Source: an uncultured delta proteobacterium (GTDB lineage Bacteria > Desulfobacterota > Desulfobacteria > Desulfobacterales > SG8-13). From it: DNA of 64,000 bases. Under the pieces are notes generated by a model that saw nothing but the letters and a program-made list of their open reading frames with translations, was not told the origin of the DNA and made no database searches. Shown piece after piece: positions 27,601 through 35,206 of this stretch; positions within the stretch are counted from its first letter, which is position 1, and every line of letters begins with the position of its first letter. Both the position numbers and the translations under genes were made by a program. Where the stretch lies: positions 25,267-89,266 of the forward strand of contig CAWGUE010000011.1 in assembly GCA_963825595.1 (NCBI GenBank), written 5' to 3'.

Positions 27601-27879
27601 AAGAGCCTGCAGAAATTGGCGGCACTTGTACCGGCCCGCTATGCCAAACCGGAGGAGAACAGCGGCATAATGAGTTCACTGGATACATTTGTTTTCGTTG
27701 TTGACCGACCTCCCGTTTCTGCTCAACCGGAGTCTGAGCCCGGGTCCACGGTGGAGGAAGATGGAGCAGGGGAGGGTGAACAGATCCAAGGACCCGATAC
27801 GGCCACAGGTGATGACCCTGCAGAGCCTGAGGAATTTAAAGATCCAGGGATGACAGCGGCGGAGCGCGCCGCACGTTAG
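24676..27879 (+). CDS. Large TPR-repeat lipoprotein (1067 aa), GltD/AgmU-like by architecture
   Basis: Lipobox LLILSAC. Multiple TPR-type units are present (YQMSRAYEELGQPEEAMTVMDRMVREFPRSRY..., ALYKLGWTFYKQELYEDGL...). The tail is acidic. Confidence 0.7.
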   Translation: MNWIRLSILTLLLILSACQSIGDKDTIAGLRHVQIEIKEEKIEGGLDKAMLGYQRFLEETPQSDLTPEAIRRLADLKIEKEYGTFTEGTETADQDSAAVLPAPKPAKALFKHSPAKHRIPSRGGERVPAPAPTLESETDFERRATRPAHVPAAAAPMGEHTEGMDDLERASAREAIELYNKLLNDYPLYDRNDQVLYQMSRAYEELGQPEEAMTVMDRMVREFPRSRYIDEVQFRRAERFFAYKHYLDAEDAYKSVVDIGVGSSFYELALYKLGWTFYKQELYEDGLHNFVALLDHKVSVGYDFKQTEDEAEHKRTQDTFRVISLSFSNLGGSDSVVEYFSRLGKRSYEDSVYSNLAEFYFDKRRYADASATYNAFVSRNPFHKVAPNFHMRVIEIHTAGGFPSLVLEAKKAFATTYGLKAEYWTYHESSERSDVLGHLKTNLTDLANHYHACYQNPKMAAEKPSNFEEALHWYREYLTSFPMDTESPGINYQLADLLLENKSFGAAAVEYEKTAYDYPSHDKSSHAGYAAVCAYREHLGAATPEGKDWIKREVVRSSLKFADTFPEHDKAAIVLGAAADDLYGMEEYEQALAAANTLLEIFPDTDVDVVRSARLVIAHSSYELQRYSEAETAYLEVLALLPTGDKTRDGLVDNLAASIYKQGELAKADEDYRGAADHFLRVSRMAPTSTIRPTAEYDASAALIQLKDWEMAVTVLLGFRNTFPGHELQPEVTKKIAYVYRENGQLSLAASEYERIETESNDDEIRREALLVAAELHEKDGNSLGTLEVYRRYVSYFPQPVELNLETRNKIADILKAQNDRMSYLKELEAIVAIDASAGADRTPRTRYLAAKAALVLAESHYDQFVAVRLVKPFEVNLRKKRDLMKAVTTEFNKLIDYEIGEITAASTFYLAEIYAHFYKALMTSERPDGLSPLELEEYELAIEEQAYPFEEKAIAVHESNLELISRGVYNEWVDKSLQKLAALVPARYAKPEENSGIMSSLDTFVFVVDRPPVSAQPESEPGSTVEEDGAGEGEQIQGPDTATGDDPAEPEEFKDPGMTAAERAAR

Positions 27880-27950
27880 AGTGTTGACCAGGGTGGCCTG
27901 CCGGACGCTGCTTTGCAGTGAGAGCGGGTCGAGGGAAGGGAGACGCAGCG

Positions 27951-28646
27951 ATGAGCGCTATATATATCGGAAACGACGCAAGGCTAAAAAAACGACTCTG
28001 CACCGGATTGATCGTTTTGGCGATGGTGCTCTCGGTTCTTATCGGCTGTGCCACCGATGGGAAGGTTTCGCCGAGCACGGTTGCGGACAACCGGACAGAA
28101 GTTAAAGAGACCTCTGTGATGCGGCTTGAAGATGGTCGGGAAGGGTTCCTCATATCGGAAGTTCCCCAGATGGACGAGGCGTCGCGCAGGGACTTCGAGC
28201 GTGCCGTGGCCCTGCTTTATGAACAGAACTACGACACGGCCATTGAACTTCTGGAAAAGATCATCGAGCAGTCTCCCGGCGTTACGGCGCCCTATATCAA
28301 TATTGCGATAGCCTACCAGAACGTTGGCAAAACGGAACAGGCCGAGGAGCATCTAAAAACCGCACTCGGGCTGGTTCCCGGGCACCCGGTGGCAAGTAAC
28401 GAATATGGGTTGTTGTTTCGCAAAAGCGGGCGATTTGCCGAGGCCCGCGCGATGTATGAGAAGGTCCTGACGCGCTTTCCGGATTATTATCCGGTGCACA
28501 GAAACCTGGGGATACTCTGCGATCTGTATATGGATGACCTGACCTGTGCCCTCGAACATTACGAGATTTACAGCCAGGCCATGCCCGAAGATCGGCAGGT
28601 CAAATTATGGATTACCGATTTGCGCGCCCGGTTGGGACGCGATTGA
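27951..28646 (+). CDS. Small TPR-repeat lipoprotein (231 aa), GltE/AglT-like by architecture
   Basis: ATG at 27951 with lipobox VLIGC. TPR units: AVALLYEQNYDTAIELLEKIIEQSPG, NIAIAYQNVGKTEQAEEHLKTAL, GLLFRKSGRFAEARAMYEKVL. Confidence 0.7.
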   Translation: MSAIYIGNDARLKKRLCTGLIVLAMVLSVLIGCATDGKVSPSTVADNRTEVKETSVMRLEDGREGFLISEVPQMDEASRRDFERAVALLYEQNYDTAIELLEKIIEQSPGVTAPYINIAIAYQNVGKTEQAEEHLKTALGLVPGHPVASNEYGLLFRKSGRFAEARAMYEKVLTRFPDYYPVHRNLGILCDLYMDDLTCALEHYEIYSQAMPEDRQVKLWITDLRARLGRD

Positions 28647-28734
28647 AATCGAGGTCTCAAGGCCTGAATGCCGGAGCCGGCCCATGGGCCTGCTTCAGGA
28701 TGAATATTCAGGGCTGTGCCTAAGGAGAGGGAGG

Positions 28735-29022
28735 ATGAATCGCAAATTAGCACTGTGTCTATGCATTGTCCTATTCCCGGCCGTCTTGGCCTTGGCTCAG
28801 GATGTGGACAAAGACCAGGAGTCGGAAGCCAAGGAGCTATCCGGTATGTCCATTGTCGGCAACGATGAAGCGCCGAAGTCTCTCTATATCGTTCCCTGGA
28901 AAAGCTCGGAAATCGGTATGGAGACCAATTTAAACATGCTGTTGAACGACGGCGATGGGCCGGTGGATCGCGATGTTTTCATGCGGCAGCTTGAGTTTTA
29001 TCAAATCAGCACCGCGAGATAG
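28735..29022 (+). CDS. Small secreted protein (95 aa) preceding the ExbB gene
   Basis: An AAGGAGAGGGAGG RBS precedes the ATG at 28735. The signal peptide is MNRKLALCLCIVLFPAVLALAQD. The longer ORF-track start at 28546 overlaps the upstream gene and has no RBS. Confidence 0.55.
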   Translation: MNRKLALCLCIVLFPAVLALAQDVDKDQESEAKELSGMSIVGNDEAPKSLYIVPWKSSEIGMETNLNMLLNDGDGPVDRDVFMRQLEFYQISTAR

Positions 29023-29142
29023 TGTCCGTCCAGAAATAAGGAAGCCTCGGCTTCGCCCCTTACAGAACTCTTTTCAGGAAGAGCGAGGGGAATAAGTTGA
29101 TGGCGCCTGAATAACTTCGTCAATTTGTTTAGGAGGAAAGTC

Positions 29143-29799
29143 ATGGGATTCTATTCAATTGTGGCATTTTTTCAGAAGGGTGGAATGTTCATGTACCCCA
29201 TTCTGTTCGTGTTTGCCATTGGCACTGCCATCGCAGTGGAGCGTTGGTTTCAGTTGACCCGTGTCCACAGCGCAAACAGCAAAGCATGGAATGTGGTGCA
29301 ACCGGCATTGGCCAAAGGAGAGTTCGAAAAAGCCCGCCAAATGGTCAGCAAGGACAAATCAAGCATGGCGCAAATGCTGGGGATGGGACTCGCGCGCCAG
29401 GGTGCGGTCCGGCGTCGCGAGGACATCGAAATCGCCATGGAAGAGAGCATGATGGAAATCATCCCCCAGTTGGAAAAGCGCACGCCCTATGTGGCGCTGC
29501 TGTCCAATATCGCCACCCTGCTGGGACTGCTGGGCACCATTATGGGGTTGATCCAGGCCTTTACCGCGGTGGCCAATGCGAACCCGGCCGAGAAGGCCGA
29601 TCTGCTGTCCGCCAGTATCTCGGTGGCCATGAACACCACGGCCTTTGGTCTGATGTCGGCGATTCCGCTCCTGCTCCTGCATGCCAAGCTGACGTCGACC
29701 ACGGGGCATATCGTTGACAGCCTGGAGATGGCATCGGTCAAGGCGCTGAACAGCATCTCCAATTTCGCCAAGCGCCAATTCGAGGCGAGCTCATCATGA
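29143..29799 (+). CDS. MotA/TolQ/ExbB proton-channel family protein (copy 1)
   Basis: An AGGAGG RBS lies 7 nt upstream of the ATG at 29143. It has three TM segments and the conserved LLGLLGTIMGLIQAF and AMNTTAFGL blocks of the TolQ/ExbB family. Confidence 0.9.
   Translation: MGFYSIVAFFQKGGMFMYPILFVFAIGTAIAVERWFQLTRVHSANSKAWNVVQPALAKGEFEKARQMVSKDKSSMAQMLGMGLARQGAVRRREDIEIAMEESMMEIIPQLEKRTPYVALLSNIATLLGLLGTIMGLIQAFTAVANANPAEKADLLSASISVAMNTTAFGLMSAIPLLLLHAKLTSTTGHIVDSLEMASVKALNSISNFAKRQFEASSS
29373..29788 (+). repeat. Near-identical direct repeat, arm 1 (3' two-thirds of exbB copy 1)
   Basis: By hand alignment to 32604..33019 there are 12 mismatches in 416 positions and no indels. The preceding 230 nt of the two genes differ at about 52 positions. 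Confidence 0.9.
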
Positions 29800-30287
29800 C
29801 CAGACGACATCATAAAAAAATACGAATGCGGACGACACCCGAACTGGATGTGACCACTTTCATGAACCTGATGGTGGTGCTCATACCGTTTCTACTCATT
29901 AGTGCCGTCTTTTCACGTGTGGCGATCATGGAGTTGAGCGTTCCGACCAGTGCCGGCGGGATGGCTTCGAACACACCGAACTTTGCCATCGAGGTGATTG
30001 TCCGACAGGCAGGATTTGAGATCGCCAATGGGTCATCAGTAGAGGCTGCCGTTCCGAAAAAAGACGATCAGTATGATATGGAAATGCTTTCAAAATTGCT
30101 CTTGCGCCTGAAGGCCCAGTACCCGGATAAGGAAGACGCGACCATCTTGATGGAACCGGGCATAGAGTATGATTATCTCATTCAGGTCATGGACGCTGTA
30201 CGGAGTGCCAAAGTACAGGAGGAAGACAGTGAAGAGGTTCAGAAAATATTACTCTTTCCCGACATATCCATAGGAGATGCGCCATGA
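29796..30287 (+). CDS. Biopolymer transporter ExbD/TolR family protein (1 of 2)
   Basis: The basic N-terminus plus the single TM LDVTTFMNLMVVLIPFLLI carries the conserved Asp-in-TM context. There are ATGA overlaps on both sides. Confidence 0.85.
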   Translation: MTRRHHKKIRMRTTPELDVTTFMNLMVVLIPFLLISAVFSRVAIMELSVPTSAGGMASNTPNFAIEVIVRQAGFEIANGSSVEAAVPKKDDQYDMEMLSKLLLRLKAQYPDKEDATILMEPGIEYDYLIQVMDAVRSAKVQEEDSEEVQKILLFPDISIGDAP

Positions 30288-30778
30288 GAAGTAGCCGACG
30301 TATGCGACGGATGGGGCGTAACAGGATCAAGGGGACCGGTTTACTCCTGACATCGCTGATGGATATCTTTACCATTCTGGTGTTCTTTCTGCTTTTCCAC
30401 TCATCCGGCAGTGATGTTCAGGAGCCACCCAAGGACATCCATCTGCCCGAATCCGCCGTCGAAAGCAAACCGAGGGAAACCGTGGAGATCACTATCAGCC
30501 CCGAATTGGTCATTGTTCAGGGTAAGGCCGTGATCGGTACCCCCGAATTGCTGGATACAGAGTTTGATACGGTTGCGGAAATAACAGAGCGGCTGAAGCA
30601 GCTCGAACGCAACATTATCGGAATAAGCACCAAAACGGTCGTTGAAAGCAAGGAGGTCACTATCCTTGCGGATAAAACGATTCCGTTCAGAGTGCTTAAA
30701 AAAATAATGTCAACCTGCACGGGCTCTGGATACGGAAGGATTTCTCTGGCCGTTATTCAGAGGGCCGATCAAAGTTAG
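30284..30778 (+). CDS. Biopolymer transporter ExbD/TolR family protein (2 of 2)
   Basis: LLLTSLMDIFTILVFFLLF TM with Asp, and a periplasmic ExbD-like domain. ATGA overlap with the upstream gene. Confidence 0.85.
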   Translation: MRSSRRMRRMGRNRIKGTGLLLTSLMDIFTILVFFLLFHSSGSDVQEPPKDIHLPESAVESKPRETVEITISPELVIVQGKAVIGTPELLDTEFDTVAEITERLKQLERNIIGISTKTVVESKEVTILADKTIPFRVLKKIMSTCTGSGYGRISLAVIQRADQS

Positions 30779-30788
30779 TGGGAATGCC

Positions 30789-32270
30789 GTGAATACATCC
30801 TTATTGGAACAGGAATTGGCGCCACTGAACGCGCAGATTGAGCAAATCCTGAAAAAACGTGAGGTGCTCGAAGGTGAGCTGCGTGTTGTAGAGGCAGAGC
30901 TCGAAAAGTTCTCCGCCGCCAGACAGAGATTCGATGCTTTGCAGGATGTCTGCAATGCCCTCGACAAACTGGGGGAACTCAAAGCGGGGCAACTTTTCTG
31001 GAAAGGGATCCCGGGAATCGAGGATGCCGCCGGACACCTGGAACGGGCGCGGGGCCGCGTTGCGCGTTTCGAGGAGAAGATCAGCGGTATTACCGAAAAC
31101 CAGGCATCTCTTCAGACCGAGGTAGATAAACGCTGCGCGGAACTGGATTACCTTTATGAAGAGGTCCGTGATGCGCACGAGCGTGAAGAACGGCGTAAGG
31201 AAGAGTTCGTTATAGAGCGTGAGATATCGGCCGTTCCTTACAGGGTGATGATCATGCCCTGGACCAAGGATGCCGAAAGTGAAAGGCGCTTCCGTCGCGC
31301 GGTGCTCGTGGCGCTGCTTTTCTGCTTTGTCTTTGGTTCTATCATTCCCCTGGTAGAAGTGCCGGTGCCGGATCAATCGGTCGCCGTGGTCGAGATTCCG
31401 GAACGATTGGCCAAGCTGGTCAAGAAGGAACCGCCCAAGCCGGCGCCGCCGCCGAAACCGGAGCCGAAACAGAGCCAGGAAGAGCCGGAAAAGCCTCGCG
31501 AAGAAAAGGCCGAACCCAAGCCGGAACAGAAAAAGCCGGATAAACCTCAGAAGGTTGCGCCGAAACCCAAACCTGTGCAAGTGGCCGACGGCGGGAGTCA
31601 AAAAGCAGCCGCCCGGAAAAAAGCCGAACGCGTCGGGGTTTTGGCATTCAAGAAGGCCTTTGCTGACCTGATGGACGAAACACCGATTGCAAAACTCGGC
31701 ACCGAAGCCCGTCTGAGCAAAGAAACTCCCCGGGTAGCTGGTCAGGCCGTGGCACAACGCTCGCTGGTTGCCATGCAGGCCAAGGGCGGCTCAAGTGGCG
31801 GAATCGGCAATGCAGGGGTCAGCCGCAACGTCGGCAGCGGCAACGCCAACCGGCTTGGTGGCGGGGGGATCGGAAGAGGGGGCGGCAGCGGCAACGGTGC
31901 GGGTTTTAGCCGGGTCGAAAGTTCCCTCGCAGATCTGACCGAATCGACCAGGCCCCTGAGCGACGGGATGGCTCTCGGACGAACCGACGAGGAAATTCAG
32001 ATCGTATTCGATCGCTACAAGGCGGCGCTTTATCGGATCTACAACAGGGAATTGCGCAAGGACCCGACGTTGCGCGGGAAGATGTTGCTGCGAATCAGTA
32101 TCGAAACCAATGGTTCGGTGTCTTTGTGCGCGGTGGAGTCGACCGATCTGGCTTCGCCTGAACTGGTGGCCCTGATTCTTGAACGCATCAAGAGGTTCAA
32201 CTTTGGCCCCAAAGACGGTGTGCCGAAAATCACCATCCTGTATCCGATCGACTTCCTGCCCGCCGCTTAG
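30789..32270 (+). CDS. TonB-like energy transducer with AgmX/PglI-type C-terminal domain and long N-terminal cytoplasmic coiled coil
   Basis: Coiled coil of about 170 aa, TM AVLVALLFCFVFGSIIPLV, and a Pro/Lys/Glu-rich spacer KKEPPKPAPPPKPEPKQ...KPKP. A Gly-rich stretch follows. The C-terminus is IQIVFDRYKAALYRIYNRELRKDPTLRGKMLLRISIETNGSV...ITILYPIDF (TonB_C/AgmX pattern). Confidence 0.75.
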   Translation: MNTSLLEQELAPLNAQIEQILKKREVLEGELRVVEAELEKFSAARQRFDALQDVCNALDKLGELKAGQLFWKGIPGIEDAAGHLERARGRVARFEEKISGITENQASLQTEVDKRCAELDYLYEEVRDAHEREERRKEEFVIEREISAVPYRVMIMPWTKDAESERRFRRAVLVALLFCFVFGSIIPLVEVPVPDQSVAVVEIPERLAKLVKKEPPKPAPPPKPEPKQSQEEPEKPREEKAEPKPEQKKPDKPQKVAPKPKPVQVADGGSQKAAARKKAERVGVLAFKKAFADLMDETPIAKLGTEARLSKETPRVAGQAVAQRSLVAMQAKGGSSGGIGNAGVSRNVGSGNANRLGGGGIGRGGGSGNGAGFSRVESSLADLTESTRPLSDGMALGRTDEEIQIVFDRYKAALYRIYNRELRKDPTLRGKMLLRISIETNGSVSLCAVESTDLASPELVALILERIKRFNFGPKDGVPKITILYPIDFLPAA

Positions 32271-32373
32271 GGTAGTGAACAGGATCATTGCAGGATATGA
32301 AAATTGAAGTTGTCGCTTTCGTAGCTCGAATGTCGAAATTCAAATTCCGGCGTTGCCGGCCCAGGAGGAAAAA

Positions 32374-33087
32374 ATGGGAATCTATTCGATGCTGGCATTT
32401 TTCCACAAGGGTGGAATGTTCATGTATCCCATCCTGCTCGTGTTTGTGGCGGGCATGGCCATCGCGGTGGAGCGTTGGTTTCAGTTGACCCGCGTTCGCA
32501 GTGTGAACAGCAAAATATGGAACGTGCTCTATCCGATGCTTGCCAAAGGCGAGTTCGACAAAGTGCGGGCCATTGTCAACAAGGACAAATCCACTATCGC
32601 TCGAATGCTGGGGATGGGACTCGCACGCCAGGGTGCGGTCCGGCGTCGCGAGGACATCGAAATCGCCATGGAAGAGAGCATGATGGAAATCATCCCCCAG
32701 TTGGAAAAGCGCACACCCTATGTGGCGCTGCTGTCCAATATCGCCACCCTGCTGGGACTGCTGGGCACCATCATGGGATTGATCCAGGCCTTTACCGCGG
32801 TGGCCAATGCGAACCCGGCCGAGAAGGCCGATCTGCTGTCCGCCAGTATCTCGGTGGCCATGAACACCACGGCCTTTGGTCTGATGTCGGCGATTCCGCT
32901 TTTGCTCCTGCATGCCAAGCTGACGTCGACCACGGGACATATCATTGACAGCCTGGAGATGGCATCGGTCAAGGCGCTGAACAGCATATCCAGTTTTGCC
33001 AAGCGCCAGTTCGAGGCGAAATCGGAATCTGCGGGTGAAAACCAGCCGGCTTCCACCGGCAAACCGTCGTTGGAAGCGGCTTCGTAG
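32374..33087 (+). CDS. MotA/TolQ/ExbB proton-channel family protein (copy 2, paralogue of 29143..29799 with 23-aa C-terminal extension)
   Basis: An AGGAGG RBS precedes the ATG at 32374. It is collinear with copy 1 at a constant offset of 3231 nt with no gaps. Confidence 0.9.
   Translation: MGIYSMLAFFHKGGMFMYPILLVFVAGMAIAVERWFQLTRVRSVNSKIWNVLYPMLAKGEFDKVRAIVNKDKSTIARMLGMGLARQGAVRRREDIEIAMEESMMEIIPQLEKRTPYVALLSNIATLLGLLGTIMGLIQAFTAVANANPAEKADLLSASISVAMNTTAFGLMSAIPLLLLHAKLTSTTGHIIDSLEMASVKALNSISSFAKRQFEAKSESAGENQPASTGKPSLEAAS
32604..33019 (+). repeat. Near-identical direct repeat, arm 2 (3' part of exbB copy 2)
   Basis: See arm 1. The two arms bracket exbD-exbD-tonB-like. Confidence 0.9.
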
Positions 33088-33275
33088 AGGCCATTGCCAA
33101 CACGCCTCAGAACGATTTGTCAGCGACAAACCAGAGACTGATCAAATGCGGCGGGTCTTGGTCACGGGTTTCGCCCAAACCAAGATGCGACAACATTTTC
33201 TTGGTCGGTCAATGGACCACCACCAACCGTTTCTGTCTTTGAGACGGGTAACCAAAGCACTCTCGCCTAAAAGAA

Positions 33276-33306
33276 ACGGCCGCCCGAAAAAGGCGGCCGT
33301 TTTTTC
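33276..33306 (+). terminator. Rho-independent terminator after the motor cluster
   Basis: acggccgcc-cgaaaaa-ggcggccgt is a 9-bp GC stem, followed by tttttt. Confidence 0.8.
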
Positions 33307-33539
33307 ATTTCAGCTCAAAAGTCGACTAAACATAAGTCACAATAGCCTTCAATTTTTTCATCATATTAAATGGTCGCAAAGGTATCCATCTGTGGTATGT
33401 TTCCCGATACCTCCGACTGCTATGATAAACAGGATGACCCTGTTTTTCATCTCGATATACTTTTCGCGCGACCGGGGAGTATATAAGAAATCTCTTTAGA
33501 GAGACTCAAACTCAAATTGAGCGATTTTTAAGTTTGCCG

Positions 33540-33810
33540 CAGATACAAGGAAAATGTCGTTTCGCTATAGTCTACTATGCGGTACGGCATTTGACGCCGT
33601 AGATGCGGTGAAATTGGAAATCCCGTAGGGTTTTATGCGGTCGAAGACAGAATACCACGGCTTTACCCGTGGATGAATGAGATTCTCCTCGTCTCTGCGT
33701 TAGCAGAGGAGGTCGGCTCCTCAGGAGCCGATAGACTTATCTAGGACCCCGGGTTTACCCGGGGAGAATCATTATTGTCATTTCTAAAATATGAAACGCT
33801 CAACTTGGGT
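33540..33810 (+). repeat. Composite repeat: hairpin modules + 34-bp core (copy b)
   Basis: The core gtcatttctaaaatatgaaacgctcaacttgggt is at 33777-33810. Upstream modules (ggaaaatgtcgtttcgc, ctatgcgg-hairpin-gatgcggtg, gaaattggaaatcccgtaggg) recur in reverse complement at 50940-51060. Four GC hairpins lie at 33655-33765. Confidence 0.75.
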
Positions 33811-34321
33811 CAAAGAAAAAGCTGCCGTCAATGTAAAGGCTATACTCGGAGGAAAATCATAGACATTGAAAAATATCCAACAATGACCAATTTATGCTTG
33901 AACAGCGCATAGGTGTCAGGGTAGGAGCTCGATTCTGAAACGGAGCGCCGCTACCAAAAATTAACGCGTACCGGCTTTTGCTATGGTGGCAAGCGCATAC
34001 TTTTTAGAGATGCTCGCGTTACAGAACAATGGATTGCTTGCGGTGCGAGCCGACTGACCGGTTACATTTCTCCTGAGGGCGGCGTCTATCCCTTGGGTCT
34101 TTTTCCAGGAAGCCGATTTTCGGACCGGCGCGGTACCCTGAGAGTCGTTCGGCGATATCTGGTGTCAATCCCCCGTTTTTCAATCTTTTGGGGTGGGAAG
34201 ATTAAATCGTGCGAATCCCGCCACCGGTTTGATCTCCACCACGGCGGATGCCCGGGTGCCTGGAAAATAGCGCATGCGTGACGATGTCGCCCACGGTGAA
34301 AACAGGTGAATAGGATAATAA

Positions 34322-35206
34322 ATGAATGGGATGTCTGAAATTTCGACGGTGAGCCGGGCCAAATATGAATGCCTGCAAACGATACTTCAGGAGATGGAAC
34401 GTGTGCTGGTGGCTTTTTCCGGCGGGGTGGACAGCACCTTGCTCTTGAAAGCCGCGGCGGACGTCCTGGGAGACCGGGTGCTGGCCGTGACGGCCCTGTC
34501 GGCGACCACACCGGACCACGAGCGGCGGGATGCCGCCCAATTCGCCCACTCCATGGGCGTTCACCACCTGGAGATCGCATCCCATGAATTGACGATCCCG
34601 GCATTTATCGCAAACCCGCCGGACAAGTGTTATATTTGCAAAAAAAGCCGTTTCGGAGAACTCGTGCGGCTGGCATCCGAAAAAGGGATTTCCTGGGTGG
34701 TGGACGGAGAAAACATGGATGACGCTGCCGACTATCGCCCGGGGAGCCGCGCCGCAAGGGAACTGGGGGTTCGCAGCCCGCTGCGGGAGGCTGGTATGAC
34801 CAAATCGGAAATCCGCCAATTGTCTCGATGGCTGGGGCTTCCGACCTGGAACAAACCCTCTTACGCTTGCCTGGCATCGCGGATTCCTTACGGGCATACT
34901 ATTACGCCCGAAAAATTGAAACAGGTAGATGCCGGGGAAGCGTTTATCCGGGGACTGGGCATTTCATGGCAGGTAAGAATCCGGCATGAGGAAAATACGG
35001 CCCGAATCGAAGTCGAAACCGAAGCCATTGCTCGTTTCATGGACAAAGACGTTCGCCAACTGGTTGTCTCCCGTCTCAGGGCGCTGGGATTTGAATTCGT
35101 TGCGCTGGATCTGGAAGGTTACACCACCGGAAGCTTAAATCGCGTCATTGATACAGAAACCGGCATGCAAGCGGACACACCGGAAGAAAGGGTTGCCAAT
35201 GGATAA
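34322..35206 (+). CDS. larE: Nickel-pincer (NPN) cofactor biosynthesis sulfur transferase LarE (PP-loop ATP pyrophosphatase)
   Basis: PP-loop VAFSGGVDSTLLLK, DYRPGSRA, NKPSYACLASRIPYG, and a C-terminal FVALDLEGYTTGSLN. It carries Cys-x2-Cys (CYICKK) in addition to the ACLASR cysteine. Confidence 0.85.
   Translation: MNGMSEISTVSRAKYECLQTILQEMERVLVAFSGGVDSTLLLKAAADVLGDRVLAVTALSATTPDHERRDAAQFAHSMGVHHLEIASHELTIPAFIANPPDKCYICKKSRFGELVRLASEKGISWVVDGENMDDAADYRPGSRAARELGVRSPLREAGMTKSEIRQLSRWLGLPTWNKPSYACLASRIPYGHTITPEKLKQVDAGEAFIRGLGISWQVRIRHEENTARIEVETEAIARFMDKDVRQLVVSRLRALGFEFVALDLEGYTTGSLNRVIDTETGMQADTPEERVANG

Noticed and set aside
32230-33129. 299-aa minus-strand ORF, with its look-alike at 29359-29778. 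Both appear 'conserved' between two loci.
   Set aside because: The conservation is a mirror of the exbB direct repeat on the plus strand. The sense frames have RBSs, TM helices and TolQ/ExbB motifs, and the antisense frames have none.
33679-33769. Cloverleaf-looking arrangement: an outer stem gattctcc/ggagaatc enclosing three hairpins, suggestive of a tRNA-like or tmRNA-like gene.
   Set aside because: The stem lengths (7-10 bp), loop sizes (3-4 nt), and absence of T-loop (TTCRANN) and D-loop signatures do not fit a tRNA. It is part of the interspersed repeat family.
33540-33810. Series of GC-rich palindromes with spacers, considered as a CRISPR array (also at 50960-51060).
   Set aside because: The hairpin stems differ from one another (there is no repeated unit), the spacing is irregular and only 3-20 nt, and there are no cas genes.
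34080-34320. Fragments reminiscent of a cobalamin riboswitch (ggtgggaag, gtgcgaatcccgccaccgg), or a Ni/Co-responsive element, upstream of larE.
   Set aside because: I could not find a B12 box (AGYCMGGAGACCKGCC-like) or assemble the consensus helices, and I cannot recall the NiCo consensus well enough. It is left as an unassigned leader pending an Rfam scan.
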